NCBI RefSeq assembly: GCF_000619845.1
Contig: NZ_JHUX01000004.1
Location: forward strand, 180,001-212,000
Length of the DNA: 32,000 nt
Source of the DNA: Alkanindiges illinoisensis DSM 15370
Lineage (GTDB): Bacteria > Pseudomonadota > Gammaproteobacteria > Pseudomonadales > Moraxellaceae
Direction of reading: 5' to 3'
Below the pieces are notes generated by a model, which saw only the letters and a program-made list of their open reading frames with translations, made no database searches and was not told where the DNA came from. Made by a program: the position numbers and the translations under genes. This document shows positions 1 to 8,573 of the stretch, in pieces (within the stretch, counting starts at the first letter, position 1; the number at the start of each line of letters is the position of its first letter).

Positions 1-706
1 CACCGGTATTGATATAGGCATTGGTAGACGCACGGAAAATACGGCCTGCACCACCAGTTGCAAACAGGGTTGCCTTAGCCTGGAATACCGCCACATTGCC
101 AGTTTCCTGATCAATGGCCGTTACACCCAGAACATCACCCGCTTCGTTACGAATCAGGTCAAGTGCAATCCATTCCACAAAGAACTGGGTACCCAGCTCA
201 AGGTTTTTCTGGTACAGGGTATGCAGCAGCGCATGGCCAGTACGGTCAGCGGCAGCACAGGCACGTGGCACGGCTTTTTCACCGTAGTTGGCAGAGTGAC
301 CACCAAACGGACGCTGATAGATGGTGCCATCTTCATTGCGGTCAAACGGCATGCCCATATGCTCAAGCTCATACACCACCTTGGGTGCTTCACGGCACAT
401 GAACTCAATGGCATCCTGATCACCTAACCAGTCGCCACCTTTGACGGTGTCATAAAAATGGTAGTGCCAGTTGTCTTCCTGCATGTTGCCTAAAGACGCA
501 CCAATACCACCCTGGGCAGCAACGGTGTGAGAACGGGTTGGGAATACTTTGGTCAATACGGCAACCTTCAAGCCAGCCTCAGCCAGCTGCAAAGATGCAC
601 GCATGCCCGAACCACCGCCGCCAACAATCACGGCATCGAAGTTCAGGGTTTCAATATTGGTAAAATCTTGATGTGGGGTTGATTTATTAAGATCAGTTGC
701 TGCCAT
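1..706 (-). CDS. sdhA: Succinate dehydrogenase flavoprotein subunit SdhA. Only the N-terminal ~235 codons are present; the gene continues past the left window edge.
   Basis: Hand translation of the minus strand from ATG 706..704 gives [74 protein letters not shown]...YINTG. It has the FAD-binding GGGGSG motif and the [10 protein letters not shown] covalent-FAD histidine motif. AGGA lies ~7 nt upstream. It sits directly after sdhC-sdhD. It is absent from the ORF track because it is open at the window edge. Confidence 0.95.
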   Translation of the reverse strand, partial: MAATDLNKSTPHQDFTNIETLNFDAVIVGGGGSGMRASLQLAEAGLKVAVLTKVFPTRSHTVAAQGGIGASLGNMQEDNWHYHFYDTVKGGDWLGDQDAIEFMCREAPKVVYELEHMGMPFDRNEDGTIYQRPFGGHSANYGEKAVPRACAAADRTGHALLHTLYQKNLELGTQFFVEWIALDLIRNEAGDVLGVTAIDQETGNVAVFQAKATLFATGGAGRIFRASTNAYINTG

Positions 707-718
707 GATATGTTCCTA

Positions 719-1084
719 TCAATGTGCCCAGAAAATCTGGATACCCCAGACCATAAACACAATTATTGCAACAATCGTTGCACATTGCAGAATCAGACGG
801 TATGCACTTGCAGAAGGACCAATCTGCGCTGGCGTAATGTAGTCAGTAAATACTGTCCACATGCCCACCCATGCATGCCCAACCAGAGATAAAATAGCCA
901 GCAGGCTAAAAATCTTCATCGGCAGGGTCATCATAAAGCCATACCAGGCCGTGTAGTCAAAACCAGGATGGAGCAAAATCCAGCCCAGAATCAGAATGGT
1001 ATATACCGCCAGAATGACAGCACTCAGGCGCTGTACAATCCAGTCACGTGAACCGGAACCGGTCAAACCTGTTGCACTTCTCAT
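719..1084 (-). CDS. sdhD: Succinate dehydrogenase hydrophobic membrane anchor subunit SdhD
   Basis: The ~121 aa protein has three hydrophobic segments (ILAVYTILILGWILL, IFSLLAILSLVGHAWVGMW, IVAIIVFMVWGIQIF). The conserved His lies in the LVGHAW context. The ATG at 1084 overlaps the sdhC TGA (TGATG). The track start at 1087 is a GTG one codon upstream. Confidence 0.9.
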   Translation of the reverse strand: MRSATGLTGSGSRDWIVQRLSAVILAVYTILILGWILLHPGFDYTAWYGFMMTLPMKIFSLLAILSLVGHAWVGMWTVFTDYITPAQIGPSASAYRLILQCATIVAIIVFMVWGIQIFWAH

Positions 1085-1488
1085 CACAGCACCACCAACC
1101 AGATAAATGACGCCACAATACCAATGGCAGAAAGTACCAGCGCAGTAGTCGCAGCAGCACGGCCACTTTGCAGGCCCTCAGCGAAACCGATGTCGCCAAG
1201 CAAGTGCTTGATGCCCATAATCAAATGGTAGATCAGACCAGCCACAAATGCCCACACCACCAGACGGACAAGCAGGTTGCCGAAAATCTGGTCATGCACA
1301 TAGGCAAAACGTTCTGGAGAAGCCAAAGAACCCTGTAATAGCCAGAGCAATACAGGAATAAGTAAAAAAATGATGATTCCAGACACGCGGTGTAGAATCG
1401 AAGCAATAGCCACGGGAGAGCGCAAATTTACCGCTAACACTTGGCCCATGGACAAATTGACAGGTCTGTTGCTTTTCACAGCGGGCAT
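1084..1488 (-). CDS. sdhC: Succinate dehydrogenase cytochrome b556 subunit SdhC
   Basis: The track ORF is 1084..1509. It is a membrane protein with the heme-ligand context ILHRVSG and has operon position upstream of sdhD/sdhA. I prefer the internal ATG at 1488 (MPAVKSNRPVNL...), which has ACAGG just upstream. The 1509 ATG has no SD. Confidence 0.85.
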   Translation of the reverse strand: MPAVKSNRPVNLSMGQVLAVNLRSPVAIASILHRVSGIIIFLLIPVLLWLLQGSLASPERFAYVHDQIFGNLLVRLVVWAFVAGLIYHLIMGIKHLLGDIGFAEGLQSGRAAATTALVLSAIGIVASFIWLVVL

Positions 1489-2306
1489 CCTGTAGGTAAA
1501 AACTCCCATTGGAGTTTGTATTAATTCGAAGGAAAGCTGGCGAAACAGGCGCTAAGCCTGTTAAAAACGACACGAAATTATAGTGCTGTTATGATTTAAT
1601 TACAAACTGGCAGCGAAAATGAATTTCGTTTTTTTTGAAGCGCAAATGAGAATTGCTTCTTTAGTCAGGCTGTAATTCCATAACCTCCTGCCTGATGCAT
1701 GCATTATCATTTACATGATTTTAGCCTGCATGCTAGAGATGCCAAGTGCTAGAGCAGTTCCAAGTGGCCTTCTTGCTTTAATGGATAGTTTGCCAAAATA
1801 TGCCTGAAAAAAATCTTTTAATAAGGTCAAGTAAAATTTATGCGGCTAAAGTCTAAGAATAATTTTAAGCCATTGCCCTAAAAAGCAGCATCTGCATTTA
1901 TTTAAAAATTATCATTCAATTCATTAAATTAGCTTAATAAAAACTTTGATACTGCATTTTTTTGGTCTTAAAGATTCAGGAATGGCAATTTTTTACAAAT
2001 CTGCTTACAAATAGGATTGTCACCAATAACTTTGGCATATTGTATGCTATGTGACTTTGGCTGCTTGCCTGTCATTTATTATTGTGACCATGCATCAGCA
2101 AAGCAATCAACCAAGGTCGTATTTGTGATGACTTTTTTTGATTAAATTGGCATTTTAGCTTGAAGTATGATTGACAAAATTTTAGTTCAAACTAAGCTTA
2201 TAGCGCATTTTTTTACATGGCGTTAACGGAATTTAACAATTACTTGTCTTGTAATTGATTTTCCGCACAATCGCATCCTATAACACCAGGACAGGAGAGT
2301 TTTTGA

Positions 2307-3593
2307 ATGTCTGACGCAACTGGCAAAAAAGCCGTTCTTTCGCTTGATGGCAAACAAATTGATCTACCAATTTACAGCGGCACACTCGGGCCAGACGTTA
2401 TTGATGTAAAGGATGTGTTGGCCCAAGGACACTTCACCTTTGATCCTGGTTTTATGGCAACTGCTGCCTGTGAATCCAAAATTACATTTATCGATGGTGA
2501 TAAGGGCGTTTTATTACACCGCGGCTATCCAATTGATCAACTGGCTGAAAAAGCAGATTATCTGGAAGTTTGCTACCTGTTGTTGCACGGCGAGTTACCG
2601 AATGCCGAGCAAAAAGATGAGTTTGATAAACTGGTTCGCAACCACACCATGTTGCATGATCAGGTTCAGCGCTTCTATAACGGTTTCCGCCGTGACGCGC
2701 ATCCAATGGCAGTAATGTGTGGTGTGGTAGGTGCGCTGTCTGCGTTCTATCACGATGGTCTGGACGTTGAAAATCCAAAACACCGTGAAATTACTGCAAT
2801 CCGTCTGGTTGCCAAGATTCCAACCATTGCGGCCTGGAGCTACAAGTACACCATCGGCCAGCCGTTCATGTATCCGCGTAATGATTTGAGCTACGCTGAA
2901 AACTTCCTGTACATGATGTTTGCTACCCCTGCTGATGTGGACTACAAGGTAAATCCGGTACTGGCCAAAGCCATGGACCGTATTTTTACCCTGCATGCTG
3001 ACCACGAGCAAAATGCTTCTACCTCTACGGTACGCATGGCTGGCTCTACTGGTGCCAATCCATATGCGTGTATTGCGGCTGGTATTGCGGCGCTGTGGGG
3101 TCCTGCGCATGGCGGTGCTAACGAAGCCGTGCTGAAAATGCTGGATGAAATTGGCAGCGTTGAAAATGTGGCTGAGTTCATGGAAAAAGTAAAACGCAAG
3201 GAAGTGAAGCTGATGGGCTTCGGTCACCGCGTTTACAAAAACTTTGATCCACGTGCCAAAGTCATGAAGCAAACCTGTGATGAAGTACTGGCTGCTCTGG
3301 GTATCAATGATCCTCAGCTTGCACTGGCTATGGAACTGGAAAAAATTGCACTAAGTGATGAATACTTCATTAAGCGCAACCTGTATCCAAACGTTGACTT
3401 CTACTCTGGCATTATCCTTAAAGCCATTGGTATCCCCACTGCAATGTTTACCGTAATCTTTGCACTGGCGCGTACTGTGGGCTGGATTAGCCATTGGCTG
3501 GAAATGCATAGCGCACCTTACAAGATTGCCCGTCCACGTCAGTTGTACACTGGCGCGACCCAGCGTGATTTTGTCAAGGTAGACCAGCGTTAA
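2307..3593 (+). CDS. gltA: Citrate synthase (type II, GltA)
   Basis: This 428 aa ORF spans the full length of citrate synthase. Conserved stretches include [19 protein letters not shown] and [15 protein letters not shown]. An AGGAGAG SD lies 7 nt upstream of the ATG. It is divergent from sdhCDA, as in most Gammaproteobacteria. Confidence 0.97.
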   Translation: MSDATGKKAVLSLDGKQIDLPIYSGTLGPDVIDVKDVLAQGHFTFDPGFMATAACESKITFIDGDKGVLLHRGYPIDQLAEKADYLEVCYLLLHGELPNAEQKDEFDKLVRNHTMLHDQVQRFYNGFRRDAHPMAVMCGVVGALSAFYHDGLDVENPKHREITAIRLVAKIPTIAAWSYKYTIGQPFMYPRNDLSYAENFLYMMFATPADVDYKVNPVLAKAMDRIFTLHADHEQNASTSTVRMAGSTGANPYACIAAGIAALWGPAHGGANEAVLKMLDEIGSVENVAEFMEKVKRKEVKLMGFGHRVYKNFDPRAKVMKQTCDEVLAALGINDPQLALAMELEKIALSDEYFIKRNLYPNVDFYSGIILKAIGIPTAMFTVIFALARTVGWISHWLEMHSAPYKIARPRQLYTGATQRDFVKVDQR

Positions 3594-3616
3594 TTTGCTG
3601 ATTAATGCTTGAATAC

Positions 3617-3642
3617 AAAAAACTCCCGTAAGGGAGTTTTTT
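3617..3642 (+). terminator. Rho-independent terminator of gltA
   Basis: The sequence is aaaaaactccc-gtaa-gggagtttttt, a GC-cored stem with a 4-nt loop and T-run, 24 nt after the gltA stop. The flanking A-run makes it potentially bidirectional. Confidence 0.8.
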
Positions 3643-3810
3643 GTTGGGCCTGATAAAAATTGATGTTCTTTAATAAAGATAAAATATTTACCTTTGGCCT
3701 CTTAATGGCTAATAATCCTTATCTTCTTTTTATTAAAATTATCAATGGCTTGTGCTGTATTAAGTTGCTTAGCATAAAATATTCATATCACTAAAAATTA
3801 AAGCCACCTA

Positions 3811-3846
3811 TAAAAAGATGCGGCCTAGAACCTATGGCCAGACCGC
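3811..3846 (-). terminator. Candidate rho-independent terminator of the tonB-exbB-exbD operon
   Basis: On the minus strand, GCGGTC...GGCCGC forms a hairpin (6 bp including one G.U, 13-nt loop) followed by ATCTTTTTAT. It lies ~47 nt downstream of the exbD stop. Confidence 0.45.
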
Positions 3847-3892
3847 GTTTTGCAAACAGAAGCTGTTAAATTTTTAGTCACTTCATCGGTTA

Positions 3893-4306
3893 TTAAGACG
3901 CAGGCGCATCACTGACAAACGCCAGATCACTTAAACCGGCTTTGCTGGCACGCGCCATCACTTGCGCTACTGTATCGTAACGGGCATCTTTATCCGCACG
4001 AATTTGTAATGATGGCTTTTTGGCCTGCTGGGCAGCCCCATTCATACGCTCAGCCAGTTGCTCAAGACTGACCGCATCCTGATTCCAGTACACCTGCCCC
4101 TGTGCATTAATGTTTACCGACACAATTTCGGGTGGTTGCGGCGGTGTTGAGGCATCAGTTTTGGGCAAGGTTAGCGGAATACTGGGGTTCATGACAGTGG
4201 CCGTTACCAGAAAGATGATCATCAGCACCAGCATAATATCAATCAGGGGAATGAGGTTCATCTCATTCATGCCCTGTTCGTTTTCTTCTCCCAGATTAAA
4301 GGACAT
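3893..4306 (-). CDS. exbD: Biopolymer transport protein ExbD/TolR family
   Basis: The 137 aa protein has an N-terminal single TM with the family signature (MNLIPLIDIMLVLMIIFLV) and a periplasmic C-domain. Its ATG abuts the exbB stop (TAAATG). Confidence 0.92.
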   Translation of the reverse strand: MSFNLGEENEQGMNEMNLIPLIDIMLVLMIIFLVTATVMNPSIPLTLPKTDASTPPQPPEIVSVNINAQGQVYWNQDAVSLEQLAERMNGAAQQAKKPSLQIRADKDARYDTVAQVMARASKAGLSDLAFVSDAPAS

Positions 4307-4933
4307 TTAGGCCTGCCCTCCAACCAGTGAGCTGGCTGTTGCTTTATGTGCCTGAGTCGTTTCTTGATTAGTTGCACCGGGCAGCAGGTTTTCAATCAGT
4401 ACGCTATGCGCCTTGTCATGCAGCTCATGCGTCAGGACACGGTTCATGCGGGTGCAAATGTTGTAGGCCAGTACCGCAGGAATCGCCACGGCCAAACCAA
4501 GACCAGTCATGATTAGCGCTTCACCTACCGGCGCAGCAACCTGTGCCAGGCCAGCCTGCCCGCTGTTACCAATCGCCACCAGTGCATGAAAAATACCCCA
4601 GACTGTACCAAACAATCCCACAAATGGTGCAATGGAAGCAATCGTCCCCAGCACTGGCAAACCACGCTCAATATCAACCCGACTACGGGCCATTTGCTGT
4701 AATAAAGCCTGCTCGGCTACTACTTTGCGCTGTTCGGTACTTAATACAGAAAATTTGCCTTTCAGGTTATCAACCGATTGGGTCAATGCAAGCACTGCTG
4801 TGTTTTTGGCTTGACGGGTTGCCATGACACGTAGGATAAAAATGCACCACGTTGCAATCGACATGGCCAGTAAAACAAAGTACAGGGTTTTACTGATGGC
4901 ATCGGCATGTTGCCAGTAGATTGAAAAATTCAT
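4307..4933 (-). CDS. exbB: MotA/TolQ/ExbB proton-channel protein
   Basis: The 208 aa protein has three TM segments. The conserved region is SIAPFVGLFGTVWGIFHAL...GEALIMTGLGLAVAIPAVLAYN. It lies between tonB and exbD. Confidence 0.92.
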   Translation of the reverse strand: MNFSIYWQHADAISKTLYFVLLAMSIATWCIFILRVMATRQAKNTAVLALTQSVDNLKGKFSVLSTEQRKVVAEQALLQQMARSRVDIERGLPVLGTIASIAPFVGLFGTVWGIFHALVAIGNSGQAGLAQVAAPVGEALIMTGLGLAVAIPAVLAYNICTRMNRVLTHELHDKAHSVLIENLLPGATNQETTQAHKATASSLVGGQA

Positions 4934-4949
4934 GAGCGGGTGCTCCTCA

Positions 4950-5696
4950 TTATTTAGATAAATTCAGTTCAAATGGCTGGATGGTATAAACAGGCACGGC
5001 AATCCCATTAACCCGATGTGGCGTAAATGTAGCGCGCTTTAAGGCACGGGCAACTTTTTGATCCAGGTTTGACAAACCAGAACTACTCACCACTTGCACA
5101 TCGTCAACTTTACCGCTGGCAGAAATGGAAATTCTTAGTTTTACAGTACGCGCCTGACCTTTTAAGTCACTATCTGAAATTTCCAGACGCGGTGGACGAA
5201 TATAGGACACCCCTTCAACCAGTTGTGGCGTGGTTGGCGGTGCTGGTTGCGGCTTAGGCTCTGGCTTGGCAACCGGTGGTGGCACAGGTGCTGGCTCAGG
5301 CACTACAGGCTTTACCGGTTCTGGTAAAGGCTCAGGCTGCGGTGCAATCACCGGCTGTGGTCGCTCGGAAACAGTCGGGGTTGCCAGCACTGGCTTAGGT
5401 TTGGGCAAGGGCTTAGGCTGCTGCTTAACCACCTTGACTTCTTTAGGCTTTGGCTTGGGTTCCGGCTTGGGCGGTTTAGGCTCAGGTGGTTTGGGTTTTG
5501 GCTGTTCAAGCTGGATGAAACGAACTTCCACCGGTTTTGGCGTTTCAGGCATTTTAAGCGTGATAGGCTTCATGGTCGCTAGCGCAGCCAATACGGCCAC
5601 ATGCGCCAGCAGTACCACAGCAACTGTCCCTAATGCATGGGGCTTGGTGCTGTTTTGCTTTGCTGGTGTTGTGTCTGCCTGAATCATTGCAGTCAT
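4950..5696 (-). CDS. tonB: Energy transducer TonB
   Basis: The protein has an N-terminal TM anchor (GTVAVVLLAHVAVLAALA) and a long Pro-rich spacer with (E/K)P repeats (PKPKPPEPKPPKPEPKPKPKE...). The C-terminal TonB domain reads ISASGKVDDVQVVSSSG...FTPHRVNGIAV. The track start at 5702 is a TTG; the first ATG is 5696. Confidence 0.9.
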   Translation of the reverse strand: MTAMIQADTTPAKQNSTKPHALGTVAVVLLAHVAVLAALATMKPITLKMPETPKPVEVRFIQLEQPKPKPPEPKPPKPEPKPKPKEVKVVKQQPKPLPKPKPVLATPTVSERPQPVIAPQPEPLPEPVKPVVPEPAPVPPPVAKPEPKPQPAPPTTPQLVEGVSYIRPPRLEISDSDLKGQARTVKLRISISASGKVDDVQVVSSSGLSNLDQKVARALKRATFTPHRVNGIAVPVYTIQPFELNLSK

Positions 5697-5826
5697 AAAC
5701 AATTACTCATCCGCGAGGACTTTTCAATAAAACGTGCCTGATGTACACCGTCCCTTGACTATATTGCCTAGTTGCAATACCGAGCTACCTGCTCCCCTGC
5801 ACAGTTTGCAGGTTTTGTGAAGTGGT

Positions 5827-5856
5827 ATAATAAATGAGAAGTGTTTTCATTTGCAA
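5827..5856 (-). promoter_or_regulatory. Candidate sigma70 promoter of tonB-exbBD, with a Fur-box-like inverted repeat in the spacer
   Basis: The minus strand reads TTGCAA (5856..5851) - 18 nt - TATTAT (5832..5827). The spacer holds the inverted repeat AATGAGA-N5-TTTCATT (5833..5851). By hand alignment, 5830..5848 matches 11 of 19 positions of the Fur consensus GATAATGATAATCATTATC. It lies ~130 nt upstream of the tonB ATG. This is a motif-only call. Confidence 0.3.
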
Positions 5857-6069
5857 TGCTGTTTGGTAAAAGTTTTTTTCAATGACTGTATTTATGACAG
5901 GTGGCTGGACTTTTTAGGCTATCTAAGGCGAGGTAAATGGGTTATTTAAATCCTGTCAAAATACCGGTAATCATAAAGATAAATCAGGTATCAAATGACA
6001 AAATTGCGCTTGTCTTTATGCAATAGGCTTTTATGATATCGGCTTTATTTTAAGCACCTGTTTGCACCT

Positions 6070-6996
6070 ATGCTGTCGTTAAATTCTTATTTGAATCGTT
6101 TTTTTGTATTGATATTAAGCTGTGCCGTACTGGCTGGCTGCGATAAAAGCAGCAAAACAGTGACCCCTACTACCCCAGTGGTTAAGGTACGTGAACCTGT
6201 CATTGCGCTGGCGCTAGGCGGTGGTGGTGCCAAGGGATTTGCTCATATTGGTGCTATTAAGGTGCTGGAATCGCATGGCATTAAGCCAAAAATTGTGACT
6301 GGAACCAGTGCAGGCAGTTTTGTGGGTAGCCTGTATGCCAGTGGCAAGACCCCTTTTCAGCTACAGGAGCTGGCATTACAGCTTGAAGAAGCCGATATCC
6401 GTGATTTAACCATTAGCAAACAGGGCTTTATTACTGGTCAGAAACTTCAGGATTATGTCAATAAAAATGTTGGCAACCGTCCCATTCAGCAATTCCCGAT
6501 CCGCTTTGCGGCGATTGCCACCCAACTAGATAATGGGCAAAAGGTCGCGTTCAACCGTGGTAATGCGGGTCAGGCAGTACGCGCATCCTGCAGTATTCCC
6601 AATGTGTTTGTGCCTGCCACGATTGCCGGCAAACGTTATGTGGATGGTGGGCTGGTTAGTCCAATTCCAGTGCAAACTGCCCGTGACATGGGCGCTGATA
6701 TTGTAATTGCCATTGATATTTCAGCCCGACCCAAAGCTGGACAATCTACTAATTTATGGGGCCTGCTTGATCAGACCCTGAATATTATGGGTCAGCAAAG
6801 CATTAATCAGGAACTCGCGCAAGCGGATGTGGTGATTAAGCCTGCGGTGGGCAATCTGGGCGTTATGGACTTGAAATCCCGTCATCAAAGCATTCTGGAA
6901 GGTGAACGGGCAGCACAGGCACAACTGGCGGCCATTGACCTGAAAATCCAGCAGTTCAAGCAGTCTGCCCGAGCCCGGCAATCTGTTACCCGCTAG
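6070..6996 (+). CDS. Patatin-like phospholipase (RssA/YchK-like), predicted lipoprotein
   Basis: Three patatin motifs are present: the oxyanion-hole motif GGGGAKG, the nucleophile elbow GTSAGS (GxSxG), and the catalytic Asp motif YVDGGL. The N-terminal signal carries the lipobox LAGC (FVLILSCAVLAGCDK). Confidence 0.9.
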   Translation: MLSLNSYLNRFFVLILSCAVLAGCDKSSKTVTPTTPVVKVREPVIALALGGGGAKGFAHIGAIKVLESHGIKPKIVTGTSAGSFVGSLYASGKTPFQLQELALQLEEADIRDLTISKQGFITGQKLQDYVNKNVGNRPIQQFPIRFAAIATQLDNGQKVAFNRGNAGQAVRASCSIPNVFVPATIAGKRYVDGGLVSPIPVQTARDMGADIVIAIDISARPKAGQSTNLWGLLDQTLNIMGQQSINQELAQADVVIKPAVGNLGVMDLKSRHQSILEGERAAQAQLAAIDLKIQQFKQSARARQSVTR

Positions 6997-7138
6997 GTTT
7001 TTTAAGCAGTAATTTCAATAAAAATAAAAGATTAAGCCAAACTGCTTTTTTGACTTATTTTATCCTATAGCCGCCCAAACCATGGCGGCTTGCGGTATGA
7101 TCAAAATAATAACGTAAACAGCAGGCAGGAGAAAAACC

Positions 7139-7591
7139 ATGGATTTGATCCTTCAACCCTGGCACTGGATGGTTTTGGGACTCGCATTAATTATCTTTGA
7201 AATTTTTCTTCCTTCATTTACCGCACTCTGGTTTGGTGTGGCAGCCTGTGTGGTGGCCGTACTGCTCTGGATATTTCCGAGGCTAGGCACCGAAGTCCAA
7301 TTGATGAGCTGGATCATTCTGTCAATTGGCTTTACGGTGCTGTGGTTCAAGTTTCTTAAACCCTTGTCACGCGATAAAACCAAGGCTGGTCTCGCCCGCG
7401 AAGCCATATTAGGTCAAGTGGGGATTATTATTGCTGTGCCGCTGGTTGAACATACAGGCGTGGTGCGTTTTGCCATACCGCTGCTAGGGGCTGATGAATG
7501 GCGCTGCCGCTCGCAGCAGGAACTGGCGGTGGGAGATCGGGTTACGGTGGTTGAAATACTGGGTAATGAGCTGGTCGTTATTAAAAATTAG
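7139..7591 (+). CDS. NfeD-family membrane protein (YbbJ-like)
   Basis: The 150 aa protein has three N-terminal TM helices and a C-terminal OB-fold-like soluble domain (VGDRVTVVEILGNELVVIK). An AGGAGA SD is present. It sits immediately upstream of an SPFH gene, the canonical NfeD-SPFH pairing. Confidence 0.85.
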   Translation: MDLILQPWHWMVLGLALIIFEIFLPSFTALWFGVAACVVAVLLWIFPRLGTEVQLMSWIILSIGFTVLWFKFLKPLSRDKTKAGLAREAILGQVGIIIAVPLVEHTGVVRFAIPLLGADEWRCRSQQELAVGDRVTVVEILGNELVVIKN

Positions 7592-7623
7592 GCTTTTGCA
7601 AAACGGTGATAACAAGGAGAATA

Positions 7624-8478
7624 ATGATGTCAGGCAGTTTTATTGTGGTGCTGGTGCTGCTGATATTTGTCGCGGTGACCATTGCCAAAGGGGTACGCTT
7701 AGTGCCGCAAGGCTACAAATGGATTGTACAGCGGCTGGGTAAATATCATGGTACGCTGAATCCAGGCCTTAACTTTGTGATTCCTTATGTGGATGAAGTG
7801 GCCTATAAAGTCACCACCAAGGATATTGTGCTGGATATTCCCTCGCAAGAAGTCATTACCCGTGATAATGCAGTGCTGATCATGAATGCCGTGGCATACA
7901 TTAATCTGGTGACGCCGGAAAAAGCGGTGTATGGCATTGAAAACTATACCTGGGCAATTCAAAATCTGGTACAGACCTCCCTGCGCTCCATTGTGGGTGA
8001 AATGGATTTGGATGATGCCCTGTCTTCACGCGATCACATCAAAGCACGCTTAAAGGCAGCCATTTCAGATGATATTTCTGACTGGGGCATTATGCTTAAA
8101 ACTGTAGAAATTCAGGATATTCGTCCGTCCTCGACCATGCAGCAAGCGATGGAAGCCCAAGCTGCCGCAGAACGCCAGCGCCGTGCTACCGTGACCCGCG
8201 CCGATGGTGAAAAACAGGCCGCTATTCTGGAAGCGGAAGGTCGTCTTGAAGCCTCGCGCCGGGATGCTGAGGCACAGGTGGTATTGGCCAAGGCCAGCCA
8301 GGAAGCCATTGATCTGGTGTCATCAGCAATTGGTGAAAAGGAACTGCCGGTGACCTATATTCTGGGTGAGCAGTATGTCAAAGCCATGCAGGAAATTTCC
8401 AAATCGCCAAACAGTAAAACCGTGGTATTGCCTGCCGACTTGTTGAATACCTTACGCGGCTTTATTGGTAAGCCATAA
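7624..8478 (+). CDS. SPFH/Band 7 (stomatin/QmcA-like) membrane protein
   Basis: The protein has an N-terminal TM (SFIVVLVLLIFVAVTI), then an SPFH domain (VPQGYKWIVQRLGKYHGTLNPGLNFVIPYVD...RDNA) and a coiled-coil Ala/Glu-rich tail. The track start at 7606 is a GTG. The ATG at 7624 is preceded by AAGGAGA (7614..7620). Confidence 0.9.
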   Translation: MMSGSFIVVLVLLIFVAVTIAKGVRLVPQGYKWIVQRLGKYHGTLNPGLNFVIPYVDEVAYKVTTKDIVLDIPSQEVITRDNAVLIMNAVAYINLVTPEKAVYGIENYTWAIQNLVQTSLRSIVGEMDLDDALSSRDHIKARLKAAISDDISDWGIMLKTVEIQDIRPSSTMQQAMEAQAAAERQRRATVTRADGEKQAAILEAEGRLEASRRDAEAQVVLAKASQEAIDLVSSAIGEKELPVTYILGEQYVKAMQEISKSPNSKTVVLPADLLNTLRGFIGKP

Positions 8479-8513
8479 CTTTTTGCTTTATAGTTCAAAG
8501 CAAATATGACGCC

Positions 8514-8544
8514 AAAAAAACTACCTGTGTCAGGTAGTTTTTTT
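8514..8544. terminator. Bidirectional rho-independent terminator between the SPFH gene (+) and ispA (-)
   Basis: The sequence is aaaaaaa-ctacctg-tgt-caggtag-ttttttt: a 7-bp stem flanked by an A-run and a T-run, sitting between convergent genes. Confidence 0.8.
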
Positions 8545-8573
8545 ATAGCTTTTAACCGGACAGTATGATGCTG

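Noticed and set aside
2595-3272. 225-aa minus-strand ORF, and other 85-100 aa ORFs inside gltA
   Set aside because: These are shadow frames of the citrate synthase gene. Their translations are low-complexity and Arg/His-rich, with no recognisable motifs.
3663-3794. 43-codon ORF (MFFNKDKIFTFGLLMANNPYLLFIKIINGLCCIKLLSIKYSYH) in the gltA-exbD spacer
   Set aside because: It has no SD and sits in AT-rich DNA where such ORFs arise by chance. It lies between two convergent terminators. Its composition is hydrophobic, but there is no supporting signal.
5230-5682. 150-aa Gly-rich ORF on the plus strand
   Set aside because: It is exactly antisense to the Pro-rich (CCN) spacer of tonB, so GGN codons give a Gly-rich shadow ORF. 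It has no SD and is fully contained within a well-supported gene.
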